Assembly: GCA_028534125.1 (NCBI GenBank)
Contig: CM052816.1
Location: 68,324,001 to 68,388,000, forward strand
Origin: Lama glama
Taxonomy: Eukaryota
DNA: 64,000 bases
Reading direction: 5' to 3'
In this document: one piece after another, positions 27,893-39,295 of the stretch
How the letters are laid out: every line of letters begins with the position of its first letter
Position numbering within the stretch: the stretch's first letter is position 1
Position numbers and translations under genes: made by a program
The notes under the pieces: generated by a model
Databases searched by the model: none
Seen by the model: only the letters and a program-made list of their open reading frames with translations
What the model was told of the DNA's origin: nothing

Positions 27893-30800
27893 GCCTGCTT
27901 ACAGCAACAAAATGATGCTCATACACTGAAATATGAGCTAGATTAGCTTTCTTTCTAGTTTCATTTGACTCTGACGGTAAATTCTACTCCTTATTTGTTG
28001 ACCATGGAAAATGATCAATGCCTATAATTCTAAAGAAAAATCAGAAAGGACAATTTTCAGAAAACTCCAGCTATTTCAGAAAGTCTAGTCATTTAATTTT
28101 TGCCTTTTCAGTAGGCATTGCCAACTTCCCTTGAGGAGACAGACACACATTTGCCTAAGCCATCATTTAACACAATTAATACTGTATCTTTATCCAAATA
28201 CTAGGCAAGGGGCTGGGAATTCTTGGCCATACAAGCCCACAAAATAAATATTTTTTTAAAAAACTCATGTTGGTACTCTCTCACCTATCTGGTTTTAGTA
28301 TGTGTCAGACTTGGAGCCAAGGAATACATTTTGTAACTGAGGAGGATTTTTTCAAACGAGAGTCAGCAAACGAAAGCCCTTGTTTCTGCTGAGTTGTGTC
28401 AGAGTAAACAAAAGCAGAGTATGCTCAAACTCCTCAGGACGGTGTTCTGAAGCTAGTCTGGGCCATTCCAAAGCTGTGGTCCCAACACCTGACTTCCTTA
28501 TCCTAGGTAAGTGTCCAGGAGCAGGACACACCTAACTGCTGCTCACTTCTGCATTGGCCTTTCCTTCTCTGAAGCCAGGCTCCCTGTGAAAGAGGTAATA
28601 CAAGATCATTGACCAGCCAAGGACCATTTGACAGGATTTCCCGGAGTAATGAGAAGCTAGACACCCTCCACTTCAATTTACATTGTTTAACCTTTACACA
28701 GAGTAGTACTTAGGTCATTTCAAACTCTCTTGCTGTACTATAGTTATTCATTAAGATGAAATAAAATAAGCAATCACATTAAGACATTTCTGCTAACATC
28801 TCAATTTTAAAATGATAGGCATAAAACTATGGTATTAGAAGTCTAACTAGTGGTCGTGAATTAAGTGTTAAGCACCCTTCCAATAACTAGTAGGTGGGAG
28901 AGGCCTTTTAGGGTGCTGGTCACATTCTGCTTCTTGATCTAGATGCAAGTTACATGGCTGTGTTCCATTTGTGAAAGATATTTAAATTGTTCTCTTAGAG
29001 TATGCTCATTTTTCTGAATATATATTATCCTTCAGTAATACTTTTGAAATGAAGATATAATGTTGCTTAGTTTTGTTGCTATGAAGTGAGTTTTTCCTGT
29101 TTTCTAGCTTGGAAATTTAGTTACAACTTGATTTAAGTTCATATTTCATCCCAAACTCATTTTACTAAGTGGATTGCAATGTAGACTAAACTGTTTCCTT
29201 TTGAAACTTATATTGAATTAATTACTTTGCATTTTGTTCAATGAAGTAGATGCTATTCAGCTACAAAGATTTCAACACATGCAGATAAGCTGTCCCCAAC
29301 TCTTTGAGTTCATAATTAATTTCTTTTAATTTTCTAAGGTCCTTTATGCTAATAATGAAAAATAAAAATCGAGAGGACTGAACCTGGTAAAAGTAGGACC
29401 AAGACCTTAGAAAGAGGAAACCTTTTAAAAGAATAAGATCATTCTTCCTCTTAGGCAGTGGGAAAAGAGGAAAAGGACACTCACAAATGATGGTCTTGGT
29501 TTTTCTAGGGAATAATGAATCTAGGTTCTGCACTGAGAATAAATGTTGGGATGGGGCTGCTAGTTCAAGGAAAGGGGAATTAGTACTGACAAAGTAAATA
29601 TGGCTGAAGGTCAAAGGAATTAAGTTACTAGGGATAGTGCAGCTAAAATGGTTGACAAAAGGGTTTAGGCAGATAAGAGAAGGTAGGAAATAACTGATGA
29701 ACTATGAGAACAAAGACTGGAGGTCACTCTGATAACAAACTACAGATTCAGTGGGAGTGAGAGAGGTGGAAGAGTAAGTGGCTGTGGGTAGAGAAGGAAA
29801 CTCACAATCCAAAGTTTTGCAGGTGGAGTAATTTCATCTGATGATTGGCTTCAACGTGTGGCTACATCTGTGTGTTCCTGATAGAGTAAAGTTGATGACT
29901 GAAAAAGAGGGATGAAAAATTGTGAGGTCAGCGTGCTAACTGAGTCATTATTATGAATGCTGAAATCGTTAGGCTGATGCAGGACATGGGGATAGTTCCA
30001 AGGCTGACACAGTTTCAGAAACACAGTTGGGCAGGGCTATCCCAGGCAGGGCCAGATTTATGCAAATAACAAGGCAGGCAAAGCTTGTCTTTGACAGTTA
30101 TCACCTTTGTTATGTAGCATTTTCCCTAGCTTTGTTCATTTACTCTCAAATAACCTCAGTGTCTTCATGTTGCCCCCTCACTGTACAGGCTCCCCACCCT
30201 CTGCTTCTGACATATTTAAAAATCCCAAGCAGTCACAAAGTACAAATGGAAAGTTCTCAATTAATAGTCACTTTCCCCTCCTTATCTTTGCATTGTGACA
30301 GGGCTTTCTAATTATAAACTCTTATCCTGAAAGTGGTTGTTTCAGGATTAGTACCCTACAAAGGTATCTGCAAAGCCCTGTAATTCCAGCCAAAGGGAGA
30401 ACGGCTCTTACTGTTCTGAAAAATCTTTCTCCAATATTGATTCATTCTTTTAGCCTAGGATTTTAACCAACCCCACAAAATGTGAGTTTCTTAGCAGTTA
30501 GGGCTGGGCTTAGCCAATAAAAAGATATCCACAAAAGAACTCAGTCTTTAGCTTTCCTGAAATGTATAAGGCAGGCTAGTGTGCTGCGAGATACTGATCT
30601 CTTCTATCTACTCTCTATGCCAAAGAAGTATCATCATTTTCAGTATACTCTGTAATACAAAAAGGATGGGAAAGCATTGACGTAGGAGACACTCACTAGT
30701 GATAGCTGTTGGCATTTACTGGGCACCTATTATGTGCTAAGAACTTAATGTATTTAACTCATTTAACCCTTGCAGCACTCTTGTTAAGTTGGTACCATTA

Positions 30801-31359
30801 TTCTCATTTGGTTGATGAAGAAACTGAGAAGACCTGTCTAAGGTCACAGACCTGGGAAGTGGCAGCACCAGGATTCAAACAGAAGCAATTTGGAACCAGA
30901 AGCTACACTTAACCACTAAGTCGCCCCTAAATAAGTGTTTGCTACCTCTAAATAGAAATTTTAATCTAACAATATTTTAAAAACAAACTCATATAAAATT
31001 AACACCCTCGTAAATGGCACAGCTAGAATACAATGCAGTCAACACTCTGCAGGTTAGATACAGGATGACAGGGAGCAGGGAGCAGCAAGAGCTGAACACA
31101 ACGGAGCTTTGTCTCTCTTACAGCACCATCCCCAAGCTTGCCTGTGACTCCTTTAGCAGCAGACACATAGCAGGCCCACTTTTCTGTCTTTTAAAAATTA
31201 TCCCATCAACTAAGAGATCATAATTTGGTCTGTGTTTTACTTAAATCCCCAATATAATGAAGAACCTTATAATTATTAATTTATGGGTATTATTTGTTTA
31301 AGTACATTAAGCCATTATTGCATCTCTTCCACAAAAGGGTCTGGCTTTGGGTGTGTTTC

Positions 31360-31362
<3 letters not shown>

Positions 31363-31406
<44 letters not shown>
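31363..31406. repeat. (AC)22 microsatellite
   Basis: Perfect repeat, seen directly. Confidence 0.98.
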
Positions 31407-31408
<2 letters not shown>

Positions 31409-31885
31409 CTTATCTTTTAAGCATCTCATCTTGCTTTGGGGAAAAAAAATAGATCAAACTGAGCCTGAAGGTCCATTTTCCAGTCTAGGGGTGGGGAAGA
31501 GGGTGTTTGTACTGAAATTGGTTTTTACTCGGTATTTTTATCACAGATTGGGAGGTACATACCGCAAGAAAAACTAGTTTCTTGGCGTGTCATCAATTCT
31601 GGGGTTCACTGATCACTCAAAACTCATTTCCCTCCCTGGTCCCCAAGGACGCCCAGCGGTCCCTCGGGGAAGGCCTTGAAGGGAGGCCGAAAGGGCCGCG
31701 GCAACAACAGAGGGCGACAGGCGCTGGCAGCACCCGGGCTTCAGTTCACGACCCCGTTATTCCACGGAAGAATGGAACATTCCGCTCCTTCCGCCCGCAG
31801 TGGGGAGGTGGGGGGAACCCTTCGATCTCGTCTGGGAGAGGCGACGCGGGCGCAGCCACCGGAATCCGGGACGCCGGGAACCGCG

Positions 31886-31894
31886 TTACGGGAA
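31886..31894 (+). promoter_or_regulatory. STAT1/STAT3 GAS/SIE element TTACGGGAA
   Basis: The reverse complement TTCCCGTAA is the high-affinity m67-SIE core. A STAT element is known in the human gp130 promoter. Confidence 0.85.
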
Positions 31895-31942
31895 TCGCAG
31901 CCGCTCGGAGTGCCGCCCCCTCGTTTTCGGGCGGCCGCTGAG

Positions 31943-31979
31943 CCAATGCCGGGGCGCGCCGGGTCTCGCGGGGACCAAT
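31943..31979 (+). promoter_or_regulatory. Two CCAAT (NF-Y) boxes
   Basis: AGCCAATG (CCAAT 31943-31947) and GACCAATCAG (CCAAT 31975-31979). Confidence 0.75.
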
Positions 31980-32002
31980 CAGCGTAAGGATCCCAAGTCC
32001 GA

Positions 32003-32037
32003 GGGGCGGGGCGTGACGGGGCGCCGCGGGGCGGAGT
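32003..32037 (+). promoter_or_regulatory. Sp/KLF GC boxes with an intervening half-CRE
   Basis: GGGGCGGGGC 32003-32012, TGACG 32014-32018, GGGGCGGAGT 32028-32037. Confidence 0.75.
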
Positions 32038-32049
32038 CAGGGGGCGCAT

Positions 32050-32281
32050 CGCCTGCGGGAGGAGGGCAGCGTGCAGCGTCTGCTGGGAAGAGCCGGGAGG
32101 CAGCCGGACCCGGGACGAGGCACCGACAGGCCGCGGAGCAGCTAGTGGGACGCCCGGGCGCAGTTGCGCTGGGGGCCGTGCCGCGGCTGGTAGCCAACTG
32201 GCCCGGCCCGGCCCGGCCCGGCCCAGGAACGAGAGGGACGTGCGCTGTGAGACGCGGAGGAGCGAGGCGCCTCGGCCTGAG
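32050..32281 (+). other. IL6ST: IL6ST non-coding exon 1 (start approximate)
   Basis: Ends ...GGCCTGAG|GTAAGG. The stretch GTGCGCTGTGAGACGCGGAGG...GGCCTGAG resembles the recalled human gp130 5'UTR. Confidence 0.85.
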
Positions 32282-32550
32282 GTAAGGAGGGCCGGTGGCC
32301 GAGTTGAAGGGCCGTGTAGCGGAAGGGTAAGGGCTGGGTCGGGGCAGACGGGCCAGGGGACCTAGCCCTCGAGGGGGCACCTTTCCGCGGGAGAGGGGCA
32401 CCCCCCGGCAGCGCGCGCCCCAAACTTGTTACCCTAGCCTGGAAATCCCCACATTCCTTCCTCTCCCTGGTTCCCACACCTCCGAATTTGATCTCCACAA
32501 CGTTGTCACCTAGATTTCTCCACCCTAAGTACAAACCTCACCTCCCACAC

Positions 32551-32582
32551 CACACACACACACGCACACGCACACACGCACA
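32551..32582. repeat. CA/CG alternating purine-pyrimidine tract
   Basis: CACACACACACACGCACACGCACACACGCACA. Confidence 0.9.
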
Positions 32583-34439
32583 AACCTTTCTTAAGCCCCC
32601 GCCCCCAAACGCGATTCTGAGTCGTACCCCTTTTTAGTTACCAAATCCCCTCTTTTCCCCGGCCCCCTTTCCATCTCCCTTTAAATTCCACTAGCCTCGC
32701 ACTTGGCCCTTCGTTTTCTGCCCGGAGGTTAATTTTCCTTCCCTAAAGCCATCTTTTCGTCTTTAAATTGTAACATTTCAGCATTGCTGAAAGTTCACAC
32801 CATACTTTAAAAAGCCCTGACTGACGTCCCTTTTCTTCTGGTCGTTACACGTTCCGGGCCGCATGATCCCACAAACCACTGTATCCTAAAGGCGCCGAGT
32901 TGTCTTGAAAATTTCACTCCCTCCCCCAAGTTTAGAGGTTATTCCAAGCAACAAGGTTCTGTTTTTCAGTTTATCTTCCAAACTGAAAAAATACCACAGC
33001 TTAAAAATGAGGCTTGCCACTTTTATTCTTTCCCTTTTTTCTTCAGAAGGAAACCCATTTCGGTTTGATTTGTGTAGTATTGGGCGGTTAAGTGATTATA
33101 CTGCGTTAAAATAATTAATTGTTAGAATGCTAGGATGAATATTCTGAAAGATTAGAGTGTTTGGTTTAGTCAGTGCTGTAAACAAACTCTTTAGACTGTG
33201 TGACTGCCAGCTTCAAGTTGGAACAACTCTTAATTTGAAATTACTGACTCAGATCATCATATGAGCCGTTCGCCATTATCCTAATTTCTTAAATTCATAT
33301 TAATTCCTATTTGGAAGTATTTTTGAACTATAAACTGGAATTCTGCATTTATAGGACCACTTGGTATTAAGTTAAATTGTGCTTTACAACTGTTTTCTCT
33401 TTGAGGGTAATTTTGAACACTTGTTTTTAATCACAGGTGGAAGGAAAAAGTTACAGGATGGAGAAAGTGTCAGAAAAGGAGGATAAGTTTTGTAGCAGAA
33501 TTTTTCCCTCATCCCAATTCTGTATTATTGACAATACTATACATGTTTAATTTTCTCAGAGGTAATTTACCGAGTATTGTAAATACACAGCTTACTTAGT
33601 ATGTTTTCTTATGTAATAAAAAAAGTGTATAGTCACTTATGATCGCTCTGTTTTCAATTTATTTAGTATTTTTCCAAGGGAATTTGCACTTCAATGAAAC
33701 GTTAGGGTGGATGTCGATTATCATATACCTGTACAGTACCCATTTTATAGAGAAGGAAACAAGCTCAGAGTCCTTGTGAAACCTAAATCTATGTAAATCC
33801 AAATCCTGTACTCCCAGTCCATCGTTTCATCATGCTGATACATTTTTCATAGAGGATCCACTGCTACAATTTGGTTTAGAAATTTAAGGACTCCTCATAA
33901 CTCCTCTGCAGGGAGAATTTTTTCCCCCAGAAGCTAGCAATTTATTTTAATGGGAGTCAGAATTCCCTGGCGCTAATACATTTGCAGCTTGGCTCCTAGA
34001 GAAGCATGGAATGTTCACACAGCCTTCTCCATTTCTTTGATTGCAAAGGCATTTTGATTAGAGTTGAAGTTCCTACTGAGCTTTATTATTTTACATAACG
34101 AATACTAAGCAGTTAGTACTTGCTGTAGAAACTCAGAAAGATGCATGAGATGTTGTCAGGACCTTCAAAGAGTTTTCAGAAATTGGGTTGACTATTGTTT
34201 TGTGAAAAATTATAAGGATGAAGGCAGTTTTAATTAAATGCAGAGTGATACAGAAGATGCTATAGATATTTAAATTAGGGAGTAGTCATTTAAGGGTTGG
34301 AATGATCAAAGAATTTACTAGAGGTCAGCCTTGAAACCAGGTAGGATTTGGAAAAAGGGAAAAATGAAGGGAGACCATTCCAAATAGAAGTCTATGCAGG
34401 AAGGGTCTGAAATAACCATGGTATATATGAATTCTAATA

Positions 34440-34690
34440 ACCAATACACGTGTAATGCTTATCTTGTGTCATTGTTTTGAGCACTTTGCTTCTAATAATT
34501 CATTTAATCCTTATAGCCCTATGAAGTAGATCTTATTATCCTCCTTTTATAAAAAGGGAAACCGAGGCACAGAGAGGTTAATTCAACTTGCCCAGTGCCA
34601 CACGGCTAATAAGTGGTAGATCCAAAATTTATACCTAGATAGCCTGGCTTCAGAATCTGAGCTCCTATCCGTGACACGTACACTGCCTCT
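34440..34690 (-). mobile_element. MIR
   Basis: GGAAACCGAGGCACAGAGAGGTTAATTCAACTTGCCCAGTGCCACACGGCTA. Confidence 0.8.
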
Positions 34691-36859
34691 TCAGATAGTA
34701 TACTTGAGTGACAGTAGCTAGAATAACACGGCCACACCAGAATATCTTTTAAAACCCATTCTTAATTGTCCACTGTGTGCCTCTGAGCACGTTAGATTCT
34801 CAGGATACCAAGACATATAAATGAATAATTACAATACAGTGTTATGAATTCTGTTAGGAAACTATATACAAGTGCATTGGGAGCAAAGATGTTTGTGGGA
34901 GTAGGGGAAAATTCCACAGAAGAGATGATGTTTCATCTGAGTTATAGACAGTGCAAAGCAGAGTTTGGGAAAGGACTTTCTAAAAGCAAAGAATAGCATA
35001 CATAGAAGCACAAATTCTGAAATAAAATTTGTTAAAGCCTAGTCGTCGTCTTGGCTTGAGCTTAAAGTCTGTAAGGGGTGGCTAGTAGGGTATGGTAAAA
35101 GGTAAGATCCAGTTGTGTATGGCATGATGAAGTCAAGTAAAATGAAGAGCTTAAATACTTTCTTTGCGTTTGGGAAACTACAAAAATAACTTCAGCATCA
35201 TCAGAGTAGAAACCAGATTGCTTGCTGTTCTTTCTAGAGCTTGAAGGCCAAATCTGAGTAGAGGTTTGTTTTTTTATATATTTAAATATTGTAGAAGATA
35301 GATTGGAAAGCACAGTGAAACTGAATTTTTAGATTCTTAAATAGCTTAAATATTTGGCATTATTAGTCACCCTTTAAAACGCTTTTGAGGAAAAGTGACA
35401 AATTTAAAGTGTTTTAGATTCATCCACGAGTAATGTTCAGGATGATTTGGAGGGAAGAAAGAGACCAGAAGCAGGAAGGCAGTTATAAGTATTGAGGTGA
35501 TCAGTGCCTAAATTAGGTTGGTCTTGGCAGAGGGTGAAAAAGAAATGACAAATGGGAAAGATTATGAAAGAAGACAGAATAAGATTTGTAACTGAGAAAA
35601 GCTAGAGTGTAATGGATATGTAAGGGATAATGATGGACCCCATTGACTTAGGCAATTAAGAAAGGTAAATGTTTTTAGATAGGGAAAAAAGATAAGTAAT
35701 GTGATTTTTTTTAAAAGGTGTGCATTTATGTCTGTATGTGTGTATGAGAATGTGTGTATGTGTATATTGTTTTTAGACCTTTTAAACTTATTTGCATCAG
35801 AGGCAGAATATCGAAGATAATAACATTTCACTGAAGTTGTAGGAAAGGTCTCAATCAGAATGTTTGAAATTATTTTGTTTGAAGGTAGTGATTGAAGTCA
35901 TACATTTTCAAAGAAGTTGGTAATTTGAAAGAATAGTAAATGGCAGATACTTTTGGCTACACTCATAGCCAGGAGATAAAACCTACAGAGAATTCAGTGA
36001 TGAGACAGTAGAGGAGATAAAGAAAAGAAATTCAGCCACATGGTATGGTTACATAGAAACCAAGAGATAGGAGAAATTGAAGAAGCAGAGATGATCAGCA
36101 ATGAGAAAAGCTTCAGAAGCACTTGCGATGTTGTCACAACGGCTATAGTCTCTTTTTAAATTTTATATCTAGTATATCTTAGGGAGATTTCATGAGAAAT
36201 GTTATAAGAGGGCTCTCATCTCTTGAAATTTGGCCATAGTATAGATTATTGTTTTAAAGCTGAATGTATACATACCCACAGCAGGAGTTTCATTCCTTTC
36301 AGCACAATACGTCTTTTACGCTGTTAAAATTTGAATTTTCTGCCTCCAAATTTTCATTTGCTCCTGAAGTTAATCAGTTTCATTGTTTTCATTACTTCTG
36401 AACAGTGCATTTCATATTGGTCTTCTGTTTTTGTTTGGATATTCTGTTTTATGTGTCTCTCTAACGCCAAGTAGTTTCAGGTAGCACAGCTCTGGTTTTA
36501 GACTGGCATGTGCTGGGATTCTGTCATTAGGTAGTCTACAGCTATAGAGTAAAAGATGTTGTATAGCTTGTGTTTATGCCATCTTCTCTGTCCAGATAAC
36601 CTTTACTCATTTCATGATGGGCTGTCCTGGGCCCTGTCTGAACTGGGTTTTCTCTATGCTCCTGTTGCACTCTGTGTATTCTACCCCTCTAAACTTTGAA
36701 CTACTTACGGGCAAGAACTGTTTATTTGGCTTCAACTGTATTTGTAATGTTTTATTTCTTAGACTGTGGTGAGAACACGGATGGTCACCAAAGTACTTTT
36801 TAAACTTTTTTGTATGTCTTAAACAGTCAGTGATAATTTGTAAAAGGCCTTTTCTAACT

Positions 36860-38300
36860 CTAAGTTCATAAACCTACTCTGTATTTCCTTCCAGCAGTCC
36901 TGCAATTTTGTTTTTCATTAATCAATCTGGAGTCTATGTGTCAGTGATGAAGTAGGGCTGTTTATTTTTTTGTTTGTGGAGCCAGTTGTCCAAATACTAC
37001 TTATTGAGTAGTCCTTTATTTCCTCAGTAATATGAGATGTCTTTTTTTCCCATAATATATTAAATTCTTATATATACGTGGGTCTGTTTCTGGACTTTTT
37101 GTTTTGTACTTGATTTAATTGTCTATTGCTGTTAGTGCCGAGCTTTACTTGCTGTAACTTTATAGTATGTCTTAATAGGTGGTACACCAAGTATTGTGTT
37201 TACTCTTTCTGAAAGTTGGCTTTTGGCTATTCTCTAGTATTTTATGTGAAGTTTTAAGTTGGTTTGTAAAGTTTCATAGTAAACCTCTTTGCAATTTGGA
37301 TTAAAATTGTATTGCATTAATGTTGTAATTTGTGAAGAACTGATGCTCTATATAGTGAACCTTTTAGTAAAGTTTTGTAGTTTTCTCCATAAACTTCTCT
37401 CATAGTTCTGATGTGATTTTTTTTCCCTAGATGTATTACAGTTTTTGATATGATTGTGAATAGGACTTTTTCTATCCCATTTTCTAATTGGTTATTACTG
37501 GTATATAGGAGAGGGGTATTTTGGTGATCTTTCATTCAACTATTATGCTAAAGTCTCGGTAGTCTTAATAGTTTGTAGTTTGATTCTTTTTATTGATAGG
37601 TGATCATATCATCTACAAGTTTTTCTTTCTCCATTTTAATATCTCATTTATTTGGTTTTTTTTAATATTTTTGTTTAAGCCCTCTAGAATAATGTTGAAT
37701 AAGAGATGACTTCAAGCATCTTGTTTGAATCCTGACTTTAATAGGAATGCTTCTCATTTTTATCTTTAAATAAGATGTTTACTATAGGTTTCTGATAAAG
37801 TACTGTGGCAGCAACAGCTGCAGTGATAACAGCTGTACCATTTATTGAGTATATAGTATGAGGCAGATTGAGTCTAAGCGCTTTATGTGTAGTGACTTAT
37901 TTAATCTTGACAAAAGTCCTCTGTAGTATATGGATAGGTGGTGGTGTTACCTTCATTTTTACAGACAAGAAAAATGAAAGTGAGCCATATTAAATAACTT
38001 GCCTATGATGTTTTATTAAAAATAGAGGACCTGGGATTTGAATACAGGCAGTCTGATTACAGAGTCCATCCTCTTCTTTGTTGTATACTTCATCAAGATA
38101 AGGATGATCTCTTTCAGTCTTAGTTTTCTGACACTTCGTTGTTGTTTTAAAATTTTAAAGAAACAATGTTGAATGTTATCAATAACCTTTTAAGCATCTA
38201 GTGGAATAATTGTGTGGTTTTCTTCTTTAATCTGTTAATAAATATACTGGATAACATTAGTGTCTTTTCTCCTGTGGAACCACACTTGTGTTTTTAGGCA
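36860..38300 (-). mobile_element. Old antisense L1M ORF2 fragments
   Basis: T-rich L1-like sequence; minus-strand ORF has LYTSNNQLENGI...FTI...LG...ENYKTLLK, resembling ORF2p. Confidence 0.7.
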
Positions 38301-38639
38301 AAATACTTGGTATTTATGGGGGGTTTTGTTTGTTTGCTTTCAAATACATTGGTAGAACAAATTTGTGCTTTAATTCAGCTTTTTCACCAACTCATAATAG
38401 TGTGACAATAGTTTTATTGTGTAATCCTTGTTTGATTTGGTATCCAAATGACTATGCTACTTGTACTTCTGGCCAAAATGGGATTAGAAGATTAAGATTT
38501 ACTCTCCTGTCTGAACAACCATGAAACAGAAAAAAAATACGTAAAACAATGATAAGACATTGGACACTGGATGATGAAAGCAGGGATCTTGAGATGGGAA
38601 ACAAATGAGGTGGGACCCTATGATTGAACTAGCCTACTG

Positions 38640-39295
38640 CCAACTGTTATAACTGTGTTCTACATGTTCGAAAAGTTAAATAGAGTTATAGAAGTTATGA
38701 AGAAGACTCAAATTAAACTTCTAGAGATGAAAAGTACACTAGTTAGAGTTAATGACAGATTAGGCATTGCAAAGGAAAAGGTTAGTAAACTTAAAAGACA
38801 CAACAGTAGAAATCATTAAAAAAAACTGAGGAAAAAAAGAAAAAAATGAGCTGCTCATCAGTGCGCTGCGGGACTACTTAAAGCACCCTGATACACATGT
38901 TATTGGAATCCGCAAAAAAGGATGGGAGCAAGAGGGGCAGACAAAAATAGATTTAAAGAAATAATGGCCAGAAGTTTTCCAGAATTGATAAAAACTGTAA
39001 ACCAGTTCCAAGAAACTCAACAAGCTCTAAGCACAGAAAACATGATGAAAACTACACCAAGGTGCACCACAATCAGATTTCTGAAAACTAGTGATAAAAC
39101 TAGTTATAAAAAATTTGTGTATCCAGAGGGGAAAAATAGACCTTTTATACAAAAGAACAAAAATAAGCCTAATAACAGATTTCTTATTGGGAACAATGCA
39201 AGTGAGAAGTTAGTGGAGCTACATTTTTTAAGTACTGAAAGATCAATTGAGAATTTATATCCGATGAAAATATCTATTAAAATGATAACGAATTT
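38640..39295 (+). mobile_element. Decayed L1 ORF1 remnant
   Basis: ORF 38922-39299 has FKEIMARSFPEL...QETQQA...TPRCTTIRFLKTSDK, resembling the ORF1p EIMAENFP/TPRHII motifs. Confidence 0.75.

Larger units (their letters stand above)
31640..32430. promoter_or_regulatory. IL6ST: CpG island / TATA-less IL6ST promoter
   Basis: Abrupt GC- and CpG-rich segment in an AT-rich background, containing CCAAT boxes, GC boxes and the exon 1 donor. Confidence 0.95.

Noticed and set aside
30060-30067. Perfect octamer ATGCAAAT
   Set aside because: A single 8-mer is expected by chance in 64 kb, and there is no supporting motif cluster.
1-31000. Protein-coding exons of a neighbouring gene such as ANKRD55 in the upstream region
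   Set aside because: No ORF with recognisable protein similarity; the region is mostly MIR, L2, L1, MLT and MER remnants.
31582-32534. Several 100-161 aa ORFs on both strands over the CpG island
   Set aside because: Low-complexity G/R/P/A translations expected from stop-poor GC-rich DNA; no recognisable domain.
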